Source: Chthonomonadaceae bacterium
GTDB lineage: Bacteria; Armatimonadota; Chthonomonadetes; Chthonomonadales; Chthonomonadaceae
Direction of reading: 5' to 3'
Assembly: GCA_035650735.1 (NCBI GenBank)
Contig: DASRGZ010000201.1
Location: forward strand, 1-34,001
DNA length: 34,001 bases
Shown here in pieces: positions 1-9,237 of the stretch; position 1 is the stretch's first letter, and each line of letters starts with the position of its first letter. The notes under the pieces were generated by a model. That model worked only from the letters and a program-made list of their open reading frames with translations, had not been told where the DNA came from and made no database searches. Made by a program: the position numbers and the translations under genes.

Positions 1-645
1 GGCGAGGGGAACCTGGATGATGGGGAAGGCCAGCTTCTCGCGTTTTGTCCATTCCTTTCTAAAGAGGGCATTGAGGCAGAGCATGGCCAGGCAAATCAGG
101 CCGACCAGCGCTGTCCAGGACGCTATATAGGGCCACCAGAGGTAGAGATGGGTCAGGAAGTAGCGGAAGCCGAAGCCGCCGTTGGCATAGTCCTGGAACT
201 TGTCGGCGTCTTGCGGCTGGATGAAGAACCAGGGATGGGTGTAGGGATTGATATAGCGATCAAAGCGGGTATCGCTGCTGCGGAAGAGCGCATAGGAGTG
301 GATATAGGGATTGATGACGCTCATCCATTCCGAGCAGATAGCCCCCAGAACCGCATGCATGCCATAGAAAAGGATAAGCTCGCCTTCGGTGAGGGCATAG
401 CGGGGGGCGAGGCGGCGCACGAGCAAGTTGGCCAATGCGACCAGCAGCGTCATCACCGTCGGAGGGATCATCAGGGAGAAGATAACATCCACGCCCTGAT
501 CCACCGACCAGTAGGCGGTGACGGGAGCCAGCAGAAACGCGAGCAGCATGGCCCGCAGGCTAAACCACTGCGCGCGCGTCGGGTGAGCGGCCGGCTGTTG
601 GGCAGGAGGCGTTTTGGCCTGAGAGAGAGGCGCACCGGGAACCAA
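1..645 (-). CDS. Multi-pass membrane protein, DUF6785-like (putative transporter); 5' part only, runs off the window
   Basis: Manual translation from TTG at 645 behind an AGGAAGGAG RBS is open to base 1: ...SLRAMLLAFLLAPVTAYW...LVRRLAPRYALTEGELILFY...CLNALFRKEWTKREKLAFPIIQVPLA. The W..xE+LxFP+xQ+PL motif resembles DUF6785 proteins. Absent from the ORF track because there is no stop in the window. Confidence 0.75.
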   Translation of the reverse strand, partial: MVPGAPLSQAKTPPAQQPAAHPTRAQWFSLRAMLLAFLLAPVTAYWSVDQGVDVIFSLMIPPTVMTLLVALANLLVRRLAPRYALTEGELILFYGMHAVLGAICSEWMSVINPYIHSYALFRSSDTRFDRYINPYTHPWFFIQPQDADKFQDYANGGFGFRYFLTHLYLWWPYIASWTALVGLICLAMLCLNALFRKEWTKREKLAFPIIQVPLA

Positions 646-768
646 AGCGGATCTATCTCCTTCCTGGGCGGAGGCGATATCCCCGGCTAATCCGTGGTTT
701 GTGCGATTGACCCTCGCGAGACAACCACGCTTGGTGACAGGACTACCGGGGCAGGCGCTGTTGCCTAC

Positions 769-774
769 AGTATA
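769..774 (-). promoter_or_regulatory. Candidate -10 element (TATACT) for the DUF6785-like gene
   Basis: Minus strand reads GCGCGG-TATACT, the same context as GCGCGG-TATAAT upstream of pgl; no clear -35. Confidence 0.35.
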
Positions 775-932
775 CCGCGCTCGGCGGGATGATGATACAT
801 CTGGCTTTTCGGCGGCGATGATGGCAGCAACGCAGGGTCGTCATCGGCTAAAGCCCGCATCTTCGGAACAACCGTGTTCGGTTGCCCGTCCGACCCGTGA
901 AGAGAGGAAACCGACTGGGAGGTACCCAAGGG

Positions 933-1427
933 ATGGCGACGCGAGCAAACATTGCATCCAAGCACGGCTTGCCGGAAACGGACAACATCTACGGTATGGA
1001 TGTCTATTCTGCCGATGGGGAGTTAATTGGGCGCTCGGCGGGGTATCTGGATCAGGTGCCGGACGATGAAGTGGCCTTTGAGCGTGGGCCGGTAGACCCG
1101 ATTAACGCCGCCGGAGAGCCTATTGGACCGCGCCACGTCCTTATCAACGGGCACGGCTATAGCACGCAGGCGCAGATCGTCGTGCCGGTGGATCAGTTGG
1201 AGATAGATGCGCGCGGGCGCCGCATTACGCTGCGCCTGACCCTGGACCAGATACGCGCCATGCCTCATTATACCGTCAATACCGAGCAGCTTATGCCGAC
1301 GGAGGCTGCCGCCAGCCCCGGTGCGCCGGAGGCGGCGACCTTCCCGGCAGCCCCAGGCCAGGCAGAGGAGCAGACCATCGATCCTACCAGAACGCGCGGA
1401 GCGCAGCCGGGCATTCCTACCTCGTAA
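933..1427 (+). CDS. PRC-barrel-like protein with low-complexity C-terminal tail
   Basis: ATG 933 follows GGGAGG. IYGMDVYSADGELIG...VVPVDQLEID...ITLRLTLDQIRAMPHY matches the PRC-barrel pattern. The 3' end overlaps ruvC by 11 bp. Confidence 0.65.
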   Translation: MATRANIASKHGLPETDNIYGMDVYSADGELIGRSAGYLDQVPDDEVAFERGPVDPINAAGEPIGPRHVLINGHGYSTQAQIVVPVDQLEIDARGRRITLRLTLDQIRAMPHYTVNTEQLMPTEAAASPGAPEAATFPAAPGQAEEQTIDPTRTRGAQPGIPTS

Positions 1428-1914
1428 GCTGCTGAAGTGCGGTCAGCGCGGAGGAGTGGGCGTGGCAGATGGCGATGGCCAGCGCGTCGGCAGCGTCGTC
1501 GGGCCGGGGAACTTTATCCAGGTTCAGCAGTTGCTTGACCATATACTGCACCTGCTTCTTCTCCGCCGCTCCGTAGCCGACAACCGCCATTTTGACCTCC
1601 ATGGGACGGTATTCGACCCAGGGCAGGCCGCGCTGCGCCGCCGCCAGCAAGGCAATGCCGATGGTGCGCCCGACCTGCAGCGCGGTCGTGACGTTATTGC
1701 TGAAGAAGAGCCTCTCCGTGACCAGCACATCCGGTTCATGCACGTCGAGGAGCCGGTTTAGCTGCGTATAGATGGCAAGCAGGCGGTCCGGCATCTCCGC
1801 CGTCTTCTCCGTCTGAATCACTCCGCAAGTCACGTAGGAAAGACGATTGCCTTGCTTTTCCACAATGCCGTAGCCGGTCGTTGCCGTGCCCGGATCGATC
1901 CCCATAATAACCAT
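1417..1914 (-). CDS. ruvC: Holliday junction resolvase RuvC
   Basis: GIDPGTATTGYG, ERLFF, GYGAAEKKQV and PDDAADALAIAICHAH motifs; GAGGAG RBS. Confidence 0.97.
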   Translation of the reverse strand: MVIMGIDPGTATTGYGIVEKQGNRLSYVTCGVIQTEKTAEMPDRLLAIYTQLNRLLDVHEPDVLVTERLFFSNNVTTALQVGRTIGIALLAAAQRGLPWVEYRPMEVKMAVVGYGAAEKKQVQYMVKQLLNLDKVPRPDDAADALAIAICHAHSSALTALQQLTR

Positions 1915-2400
1915 GCCGTCTCCTCAAAAACGATTTGAGCCCTGCGTCCCCCATAAGGGCAGCCCTGTCCTAAAGCGCGGCTGCCACTCGAAGGCTCGCT
2001 CTCTAACTGGGGTTTAGTCGGTTGCTACCCCGCCGAGGGAAGTTTTTTCTTCACCCCGGGAACGTATTTCGCAGGGCTGCGTAGGAGTGTATAGCGTTTT
2101 CATCCGCCTAGATACCGGCCAAGGCGGCAATGGCGCTTGCCCTGATGTGGGCGATTTGGCAGATCCTGCCCAGGCATGGGCACGTAGCCGAAAGGAGCCA
2201 CACAAGAAGCCATGACCCGATTGCGGTTAGCCTGCCGAAGCAGTACGAGACCATCGGCATTGCGATGCAGGACACAGAGCCGACAGATCTCCCCCCGAAC
2301 CGGCGCATTCTTATCCGAAACGAACACATCCACGCACTCATTGCACACGCTGCGCAAGACCCAAATCATTTCCGTAGTCTATCCGCTCAGGAGAACACGT

Positions 2401-2880
2401 CTGAGCGACACAGAGGAGGAGATTGCTTCTTCTTCCCCACCTCGCTCTGATCTCCAGAGAACAGGCGAGTCGCCGCAATTCGGAGAGACACCGACCCTGA
2501 AAGGAAAGCGTGCGGTCATCTGCGAGGATGAAGGCATCACCCAGCTGCAATTACGCCGCGCCCTGGCGCGCGCTGGCCTGATGGTGGTCGGCACGGCGGG
2601 CAACGGACAGGCGGCGGTCGAGGTGGTTCTGCGCGAACGGCCCGAGCTGGTCCTCATGGATATTCGGATGCCCATCATGGACGGTCTGGAGGCGACGCGG
2701 CGCATCCTGGCGGAGTATCGCCCCTGCATTATCATCCTGACGGCGTTTGCCGATGAGGAATCCCAGAAGGAGGGACGCCAACTGGGCGCCTGCGGCTATA
2801 TCATCAAGCCCGTCACCGCCGAGTCGCTGCTGCCCCAGCTCGAAGCCGCCTACCGGAAATTTCAGCAGGGACAGGCATAA
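2401..2880 (+). CDS. Stand-alone response regulator receiver protein (PdtaR/NasT-like REC, no output domain); start uncertain
   Basis: ICEDE, LMDIRMPIMDGLEA, LTAF and YIIKP motifs; ends right after the REC domain. Best RBS (AGGAG 2389-2393) precedes an in-frame CTG at 2401; the ORF-track start at 2212 lacks an RBS. Confidence 0.85.
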   Translation: MSDTEEEIASSSPPRSDLQRTGESPQFGETPTLKGKRAVICEDEGITQLQLRRALARAGLMVVGTAGNGQAAVEVVLRERPELVLMDIRMPIMDGLEATRRILAEYRPCIIILTAFADEESQKEGRQLGACGYIIKPVTAESLLPQLEAAYRKFQQGQA

Positions 2881-2937
2881 GAAGGCGCGGAGGGAGAGGT
2901 GCCAAAAATCTCTCTTAACGCTCCACAGCACGCCTGC

Positions 2938-2963
2938 CCCTGCCGCTCAAACGAACGGCAGGG
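2938..2963. terminator. Hairpin between convergent genes, possible bidirectional terminator
   Basis: CCCTGCCG-N10-CGGCAGGG between the REC gene and htrA; no strong U tract. Confidence 0.4.
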
Positions 2964-2979
2964 CATCTTGAGATAGATT

Positions 2980-4146
2980 TTACGGGGCCTCTCCGACGGT
3001 GATCACACCTTGCCCCTGCTGGTCGCCCCGCTGCACCTCGACCTTGACGCGCTGCCCGATGCGCAGTGATTTCTCCACGTTCTGAAAATCTTCCTCCCCG
3101 GCAATGGGCTTGCCGTTGAGCCGGGTGATGACATCGCCCTGCTGGAGGCCAGCCTGCGCCGCCGGGCTATCGGGCAACAGCCGCGCCACGACCGCGCCAC
3201 GCCGGTCGGGCAGACCATACAGTCGTATCAACTCGTCGGAATTGGTTACGGTGATCAGACCAAGCCAGGGGCGCTTGATCTTGCCGTAGCGCTTCAGCTC
3301 GTCGGCGACGCGCAGGGCCGTGTCAATAGGGATCGCGAACCCGATCCCCTGGCCGGAGCTATAGACGAGTGTGTTGATGCCGATCACCTGGCCGTGAAGG
3401 TTGACCAGCGCGCCGCCGGAGTTGCCCGGATTGATCAGCGCGTCGTGCTGGATGAGGTCCGGATAGATGCGAACCCCCGTCCGATCCTCGCTGGAAATGG
3501 GGCGCCCAAGCGCGCTGACTACCCCGTGCGTGACGGTGAACCGGAACCCGAAGGGATTGCCGATGGCGATAACCATCTGGCCCGGCACCAGCCCCCGGGC
3601 CGTTCCGAGCCGGGCGGAGGGAAAGTTGTTGCCTTCGATTTTCACCAGGGCCACATCGGTCGTATGATCCGAGCCGATGACGGTACCGGGGAATTTGCGC
3701 CCGTCGGTGAGCGTGACGGTGATTTTGCGGTTGGAGTCATGGGCGGCACCGACCACGTGCTCGTTGGTGAGAATGTAGCCGCTCGGGTCAATAATGACAC
3801 CAGAGCCCTCCTCCTGTCGCTCTCCATAGCGGGGCGGCTGGTCGAAAAAGTCGTCAAAGAAGCCGTGCAGGCGGACGCGCTGGGTCGAATCGATATTGAC
3901 CACCGCCTTATAGACCAACTGCGCGGCGCGGGCATAGTACTCAGCCTCGGAGAGCGGCTGCGGCGGCGCGGGCCGGACATCCAGCCCCGTCCCCGGCTCA
4001 GCCTCGCTGGCGGGCTCGCGCCAACTGACGCGCACGTGCAGATAGGGCAAGACTAACCCGCCCAGCACAAAGGCGGCAAACAGGGTGGCAATAGAGCGCG
4101 CCCAGGAGCGGCGCGTCGCTCCAGAAGGAGGCACGTAGCTATTCAT
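2980..4146 (-). CDS. HtrA/DegS-family trypsin-like serine protease with one PDZ domain
   Basis: N-terminal TM segment; GSGVII, TNEHVV (His), DVAL (Asp), INPGNSGG (Ser), GIGFAIP; C-terminal PDZ (SPAAQAGLQQGDVI). Confidence 0.95.
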   Translation of the reverse strand: MNSYVPPSGATRRSWARSIATLFAAFVLGGLVLPYLHVRVSWREPASEAEPGTGLDVRPAPPQPLSEAEYYARAAQLVYKAVVNIDSTQRVRLHGFFDDFFDQPPRYGERQEEGSGVIIDPSGYILTNEHVVGAAHDSNRKITVTLTDGRKFPGTVIGSDHTTDVALVKIEGNNFPSARLGTARGLVPGQMVIAIGNPFGFRFTVTHGVVSALGRPISSEDRTGVRIYPDLIQHDALINPGNSGGALVNLHGQVIGINTLVYSSGQGIGFAIPIDTALRVADELKRYGKIKRPWLGLITVTNSDELIRLYGLPDRRGAVVARLLPDSPAAQAGLQQGDVITRLNGKPIAGEEDFQNVEKSLRIGQRVKVEVQRGDQQGQGVITVGEAP

Positions 4147-4174
4147 AGGCGTCCTCGGAATGTAGTTGGCGTTG

Positions 4175-4292
4175 GGCTATTTGCCGGGCCGATCAACGAT
4201 CCCGCGTCTTCTCGCCGGAAAGATCGGGGGATAATCTCGGCGCAGTCGCAGGCCATTTGCCGGACTGATCACCGAATCCTGCATCTTCTCGC
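4175..4292. repeat. Imperfect 41-42 bp direct repeat upstream of htrA (4175-4215, 4251-4292)
   Basis: GGCTATTTGCCGGGCCGATCAACGA-TCCCGCGTCTTCTCGC vs GGCCATTTGCCGGACTGATCACCGAATCCTGCATCTTCTCGC; 35 of 42 aligned positions identical. Confidence 0.8.
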
Positions 4293-4352
4293 TATATCTT
4301 AAGACGCGCGGGCAACGCCCGCCGTTTCGCTCTTTCGGCCTGGCAGCAAACT

Positions 4353-4769
4353 CTATTCCGGCAATTTGCCGGACGGTCTGGGGTCGGGCGCATGGTAGCC
4401 CAGGCGCGCAAACGGATAGGGCAGCCCCAGGACGTACAGGACCAGGCGCAGCAGATCGAGATAGGTCAGGACGGCGTTCGGCGCGTCGAGCGGGTCGGGC
4501 GGCCAGCCGATCCAGATCGGCCAGAGAGTCAGCGCGGCGACGCCCAGCCAGCCATAGATAAAGAGCGGACGGCGTGTGCGCGTTACCATCGCCAGCGCCG
4601 TGCCGCACGCTACGCCATCCAGCAGGGCGAACCCGCCGATGCGGGTGGCTTGCCAGAGGCTGTGCAGCGGAAACGAGAGTGCCCAGAGCGCCAGCGCCGC
4701 GCTCAGACAGACGATTCCCAGAAGGCGAAGGGAGCGATCCGGCCTCAGCGCCGCGCCGCCGCCAGCCAT
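4353..4769 (-). CDS. Hypothetical membrane protein (about 4 TM helices)
   Basis: Four hydrophobic stretches; lies between dinB-family gene and htrA in the same orientation. Start overlaps the upstream stop and is uncertain. Confidence 0.6.
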   Translation of the reverse strand: MAGGGAALRPDRSLRLLGIVCLSAALALWALSFPLHSLWQATRIGGFALLDGVACGTALAMVTRTRRPLFIYGWLGVAALTLWPIWIGWPPDPLDAPNAVLTYLDLLRLVLYVLGLPYPFARLGYHAPDPRPSGKLPE

Positions 4770-5245
4770 TGCGCGACCTGCTGCGTATGGTACCCATCAT
4801 GGCCCACAACCTGAGCCACCCAGGCCTCCAGCGTGACCGGGCCGCCGACCATCGGATGCTCGCGCTTGTAGTTGCCGGCGCGCTCCCAATTCCCCTCTTT
4901 TAGCGAACGCAGGAAGGCGAGCATTGTGACGCGCCCCTGGCGGAAACGCGCCAGGTTGGCCTGCGGGTCGCTGTGGGCATAATCGCGATCGATGGCAAGC
5001 TGGCCTTCGTCAATATCCGGCAGAGATGGCTCCGACTCGTCGCGGATACGCGTCATGCGCTCCAGAAAGATAGGCTCCCAATCCGCCAGGTGCGCGACGA
5101 CCTCACGAAGCGTGAAGCGCGCCGGGGCGGGCCGGAAATCCCAGACAGGATCGTCGGCAGGCAGGGTCTTCAGGAAGCCGTCCAGCACGTCCGGCGTGCC
5201 TTCCAGAGCGGTAAGAAGGTACTTGCGTACAAAGGGTGGCAGCAT
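4745..5245 (-). CDS. DinB/YfiT-like putative metalloenzyme
   Basis: ATG 5245 after AGGAGA; FTLREVVAHLADWE and GHDGYHTQQ give the three-His DinB pattern. Confidence 0.88.
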   Translation of the reverse strand: MLPPFVRKYLLTALEGTPDVLDGFLKTLPADDPVWDFRPAPARFTLREVVAHLADWEPIFLERMTRIRDESEPSLPDIDEGQLAIDRDYAHSDPQANLARFRQGRVTMLAFLRSLKEGNWERAGNYKREHPMVGGPVTLEAWVAQVVGHDGYHTQQVAQWLAAARR

Positions 5246-5271
5246 CGTGGCCTGTCTCCTTTCCCCAATGG

Positions 5272-5465
5272 CCCTCACCCCCAACCCTTCTTAACCTAAC
5301 CCCCCCCGACCCCCTTCCCTGATGCGCTCACTGCGTTCGCAGGGAAGGGGGGACCCGGCTTCTCTTCTCCCTTCTCCCTTGGAGGGAGAAGGGTCGGGGA
5401 GGAGGGGAGAACAAGGCTTCTCCTCTCCCCTCTCCTTGAGAAGGAGAGGGGTTGGGGGTGAGGTC
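5272..5465. repeat. Family A REP-like palindromic mosaic
   Basis: CCCTCACCCCCAACCC/CCTAACCCCCC starts, CCCTTCTCCC..GGGAGAAGGG and CCCTCTCCTT..AAGGAGAGGG hairpins; 5341-5465 is near-identical to 9402-9527. Confidence 0.9.
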
Positions 5466-5466
5466 T

Positions 5467-6525
5467 TTAATCCTGTTCAATCGCCTTCAGCACGGCATCG
5501 CGGCGGGCGGGAACAGTGATCGGCGGCTGCACGGCCTGGCGCACCGCCGTATCCGGGTCTTTGAGTCCGTGCCCGGTCAGGGTCACGACGACGGTGGCGG
5601 GCGCGGCGAAGAAGCCGCGCGCGGCCAGTTGGCGCAGGCCAGCGATGGGCGCGGCGCTGGCCGGCTCAGCGAATAGCCCCTCCAGCGAGGCGAGCATCTG
5701 GTACGCCTCCAGGATCTCCTCGTCCGTGACGCTCTCGATCAGGCCGCCGGATTCGTCACGCGCGGCGATGGCCCCCTGCCAGCTAGCCGGGTTGCCGATG
5801 CGGATGGCGGTCGCCACCGTCTCTGGCTGGGCTACCGGCGCGCCGATGACCAGCGGGGCCGCGCCCACCGCCTGAAAGCCGAGCATCTTCGGCAGCGTGG
5901 TGGAGCGTCCCGCCGCATGGTACTCCTTATAGCCCTTCCAATAGGCGGTGATGTTGCCCGCATTGCCGACGGGCAGAGCGTGATAATCCGGCGCCTGGCC
6001 GAGCGCATCCACAACCTCGAAGGCCGCCGTCTTCTGTCCCTCCAGACGAAAGGGATTGATGGAGTTGACCAGAGCGATGGGGTGGGTGGCGCAGATGTCG
6101 CGTACCAGGCACAGGGCCTCGTCGAAGTTGCCCTCGACGGCCAGCACCTTCGCGCCATGAATGAGCGCCTGCGAGAGCTTGCCGAGCGCGATCTTACCGC
6201 CCGGAATGAGCACGTAGCAGCGCATGCCGGCGCGGGCGGCATAGGCAGCGGCGGAGGCGGAGGTGTTGCCGGTGGAGGCGCACATGACCGTGTGCTGGCC
6301 CTCCTCTGCCGCGCGAGTCACCGCCATTGTCATCCCGCGATCCTTGAAAGAGCCTGTCGGGTTCAGGCCCTCGTATTTGCAGTAGAGGGTCAGCAGCGGG
6401 CTGATGGTCGCCGCCAGGCGCGGAGCCGGGATAAGAGGCGTATCCCCCTCGTTGAGCGTGATAATGGGCGTGTTTTCGGAAACGGGCAGGAAAGCCCGAT
6501 AGCGTTCGATGACTCCGCGATACAA
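5467..6525 (-). CDS. thrC: Threonine synthase
   Basis: [14 protein letters not shown] (PLP lysine), [27 protein letters not shown] start after AAAGGAGG. Confidence 0.96.
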   Translation of the reverse strand: MYRGVIERYRAFLPVSENTPIITLNEGDTPLIPAPRLAATISPLLTLYCKYEGLNPTGSFKDRGMTMAVTRAAEEGQHTVMCASTGNTSASAAAYAARAGMRCYVLIPGGKIALGKLSQALIHGAKVLAVEGNFDEALCLVRDICATHPIALVNSINPFRLEGQKTAAFEVVDALGQAPDYHALPVGNAGNITAYWKGYKEYHAAGRSTTLPKMLGFQAVGAAPLVIGAPVAQPETVATAIRIGNPASWQGAIAARDESGGLIESVTDEEILEAYQMLASLEGLFAEPASAAPIAGLRQLAARGFFAAPATVVVTLTGHGLKDPDTAVRQAVQPPITVPARRDAVLKAIEQD

Positions 6526-6677
6526 CGCGGCTCCTCCTTTTTCGGGTCGTTACGACTGCATTCGGCAGGCCGAGGTCTTGTCCTTCTGCAATTATCGGCA
6601 GCCAGGCGCCGTTACCCAAGCCGGTACGTTCCCTGCCCGGCTTACCCCTCCATCTTGCGCGAGGGCCACCATTTCAA

Positions 6678-6730
6678 GTACACTTAAGAGTGTGCCCGGT
6701 ACCTTCTGGCAGCCGGCCCTAAAGGGCCGG
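6678..6730 (-). repeat. Family B multi-hairpin element (single copy)
   Basis: Minus strand: CCGGCCCT-TT-AGGGCCGG, linker, GCACACT-ctta-AGTGTAC; same layout as other B copies. Confidence 0.6.
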
Positions 6731-6791
6731 GCACAGATGGGTTTCCGTAGGCGCCCTTAAACACACTGACGAGGTAAGGAGAACCAACCTG

Positions 6792-7799
6792 ATGCATGTT
6801 GTTCGGCGGTTGATAACGCTGGCGCTGGCCGGACTGACGCTTGGACTGAGCCTGCCTCTGCCTGCCGCGCACGGCCAGACGAACGCGCCGTTCACGCTGC
6901 CCCCGCCTGTGGATGCCGCGGAAGCTTTGCGTCTATCCTACTACGCTTACGACCGCGCGCTGCCCCTGAACGCCGAAATCAAGCCGCTGGATGAGAATGC
7001 CGTCCGCGTCCGCTATCGCCTGGACTATGATAGCGTTCATGATCAGCGCGTGCCGGCGATCCTCGCCCTTCCAAAGCGCTCCGCCGGGCCGTTTCCCGCC
7101 GTGCTGCTGGTGCACGGCTCTGGCGGCAATAAAGATACCTCCTACATTCGGTGGGCCAGCGAGATGCTGACCGCGCAGGGGTACGCGACCCTCTCCATAG
7201 ACACCCAATATCACGGCGACCGTTCCCGGCCCGGGCGCAGCGGCGAGATTCACATGCCCGACTCGTATACGATGCGCGATGCCTGGGTGCAGAGCGTCGT
7301 GGATCTGCGCCGCGCGGTAGACTATCTGGAAACCCGCTCCGACATAGATAAGACTCGCATCGGCTATCTTGGCTTCAGCCAGGGCGCGATGCTGGGTGCG
7401 GTGCTGGGCGGCGTGGAAGCGCGCGTAGCTTGCTTCTGCCTGGCCGTGCCCGGCGGCGGGCTGGTCAACATCGTTAAGAACATAGACCGCTATCCCGTTC
7501 TCAAAGCCCACTGGCCGATCCAGGTGACGCCCGAGCTGCTGCGCACGGTGGAGGACATCGCCAACGTCACCGACCCGATCTACTTCATCGGGCGCATCGC
7601 TCCGCGTCCCCTGCTAATCATCGTCGCCAAAGAGGATGAGATTATCCCGCCGGAAGCCTCTGCGGCGCTCATCGCCGCCGCCCACGCTAAAGAGCCGGAG
7701 CAGGTCAAGCGCTGGGAGTCCGGCCACGTGCTCAATCCCAACGCGCTCTTTGATATTCGCGACTTTTTCGCGGCGCATCTGGGCAAGGCGAAGACCTAG
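6792..7799 (+). CDS. Secreted alpha/beta hydrolase (acetylxylan esterase / dienelactone hydrolase-like)
   Basis: Signal peptide (..LPAAHG/Q); LVHGSGG; nucleophile GFSQG; Asp in KEDEII; His in SGHVL; AAGGAG RBS. Confidence 0.88.
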   Translation: MHVVRRLITLALAGLTLGLSLPLPAAHGQTNAPFTLPPPVDAAEALRLSYYAYDRALPLNAEIKPLDENAVRVRYRLDYDSVHDQRVPAILALPKRSAGPFPAVLLVHGSGGNKDTSYIRWASEMLTAQGYATLSIDTQYHGDRSRPGRSGEIHMPDSYTMRDAWVQSVVDLRRAVDYLETRSDIDKTRIGYLGFSQGAMLGAVLGGVEARVACFCLAVPGGGLVNIVKNIDRYPVLKAHWPIQVTPELLRTVEDIANVTDPIYFIGRIAPRPLLIIVAKEDEIIPPEASAALIAAAHAKEPEQVKRWESGHVLNPNALFDIRDFFAAHLGKAKT

Positions 7800-7856
7800 C
7801 GGCCCCCACCCCTTTATCCCCTCCCCCCTCAGAATGGTAGGCTCCTTCCAGCACAA

Positions 7857-7989
7857 GGGAATGAATTCCCTCGCTGGGTGGCCTGCGGCCTAGTGTCCGC
7901 CTACGCGGACACGTACCGACTGAGAGCCTGGTAAGTCTCCCCAAAGGGGGAGACTGGGCCGCAGGCCACCCAGCGAAGGGCTTTAGCCC
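7857..7989. repeat. Inverted pair of family B elements (7857-7912 plus, 7934-7989 minus)
   Basis: Shared core TCGCTGGGTGGCCTGCGGCC in inverted orientation; flanking hairpins differ in sequence but both pair. Confidence 0.85.
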
Positions 7990-8042
7990 GTCGTCGAGAG
8001 AAGAGACTAAGAACCCCTAACACAACGTGGCTGTCAGGCTCT

Positions 8043-8080
8043 CCCCTCACCCCGGCCCTCTCCCTGCAAGGCAGAGGGAG
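8043..8080. repeat. Family A REP-like element (minimal copy)
   Basis: CCCCTCACCCCGGCCCTCTCCCTGCAAGGCAGAGGGAG. Confidence 0.8.
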
Positions 8081-8098
8081 TACGGTTTGTTAGGCACT

Positions 8099-9217
8099 CT
8101 AATAAATCACAGGCAACTTCCGGGGCGCCTCGGCGTTCAGGGAGCGCGCGCCGTCCGGAGTCATGGTCACGATATTCTCAATCCGCACGCCAAACCGCCC
8201 CGGAAGATAGATGCCCGGCTCGATAGAGAAACACATGCCCGGAAGCAGCGGCGCGGTATTTCCGGCGACGATGTAGGGCGGCTCGTGGGTGGAGAGGCCG
8301 ATGCCGTGTCCGGTACGGTGAATAAACTGCGGTCCGTAGCCCGCTTCCGTGATCACCTGCCGCGCCGCCGCGTCCACCGCCTCGCCGCTCGCGCCCGGCC
8401 TGGTCGCCTCCCGCGCCGCCCAGTGCGCCCGGCTCACGATCTCGTAGACAGAGGCGGCTTCCGGGTCGCGCGGCTCACCGAAGGCGACGGTGCGCGTGAT
8501 GTCGGAAGCGTATCCCTCCCACATACAGCCGACATCAATAACGACGGTATCGCCTCGCTGCAAGGGCGTCCGGCCCGTGTGGTGGTGGGGCATGGCTCCG
8601 TTCGCGCCAAAGCAGATGAGCGGCGGAAAGGAGGCTTGTGTGCCGTGCCGCTTGAAGGCGGCCAGGAAAAAATCCTTTAGATCAAGCTCGATCATGCCCT
8701 CGGTTAGCGCGGCAAGGCTCTCCTCGTAGATGGCATCAATGAGCCGGGCGGCGGTTTCCATCGCGGCTAGTTCGGCGGGCGTCTTGATCTCGCGCAGACG
8801 GGCCATCGTCTCCCCGGCAGCCACGTAGCGCAGGCCAGGAAACAGCGCTTGCAGGTCGAGCAGATGCACGCTATAAAGCTCGTCGTCAATCAGAGCCAAT
8901 GCGCCCGGCTTGTCCCCGATATTCCACTGCCGGAGCAGCGCTTCGGCAACGCCTTGCCATCCCTCCGCATCGTTCCATCCGAGGACACACCTTAGCCCTG
9001 CCGGATTGGACTGCGCCTGCTGTGTGTTCATAGCCGGGACCACGAACGCAGGCTCGCCCTGAGCCGGCACGAGCAGCGCAATCAGCCGCTCATGTCCGTA
9101 CTCGGCCCATCCCGTCAGATAGCGCATATTATCCGTTGGCGCAAAGACCGCCAGTTCCGCCCCCTGCTGCCGCATCGTCTCTTGCAGTCGGGCGATCCGC
9201 CCTGAATAGTCGCTCAT
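8099..9217 (-). CDS. Xaa-Pro peptidase (M24B, PepQ/aminopeptidase P family)
   Basis: N-terminal creatinase domain; IDVG, YASDITRT, HRTGHGIGLSTHEPP, SIEPGIY and GVRIEN metal-ligand motifs. Confidence 0.93.
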   Translation of the reverse strand: MSDYSGRIARLQETMRQQGAELAVFAPTDNMRYLTGWAEYGHERLIALLVPAQGEPAFVVPAMNTQQAQSNPAGLRCVLGWNDAEGWQGVAEALLRQWNIGDKPGALALIDDELYSVHLLDLQALFPGLRYVAAGETMARLREIKTPAELAAMETAARLIDAIYEESLAALTEGMIELDLKDFFLAAFKRHGTQASFPPLICFGANGAMPHHHTGRTPLQRGDTVVIDVGCMWEGYASDITRTVAFGEPRDPEAASVYEIVSRAHWAAREATRPGASGEAVDAAARQVITEAGYGPQFIHRTGHGIGLSTHEPPYIVAGNTAPLLPGMCFSIEPGIYLPGRFGVRIENIVTMTPDGARSLNAEAPRKLPVIY

Positions 9218-9237
9218 GCGCAGATTTTCTCCTATGG

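Noticed and set aside
835..922. ZTP or c-di-GMP riboswitch upstream of the PRC-barrel gene
   Set aside because: GGGTCG/CGACCC can pair, but the conserved cores of these riboswitches are absent.
2014..2450. Small ORFs between ruvC and the response regulator
   Set aside because: No RBS, no recognisable motif, and several mutually overlapping frames.
2423..2500. Programmed frameshift from a TTG-started 25-codon ORF ending CCC-TGA into the response regulator
   Set aside because: CCC-TGA favours +1 shifts, but the REC frame needs -1 or +2; the in-frame CTG start is simpler.
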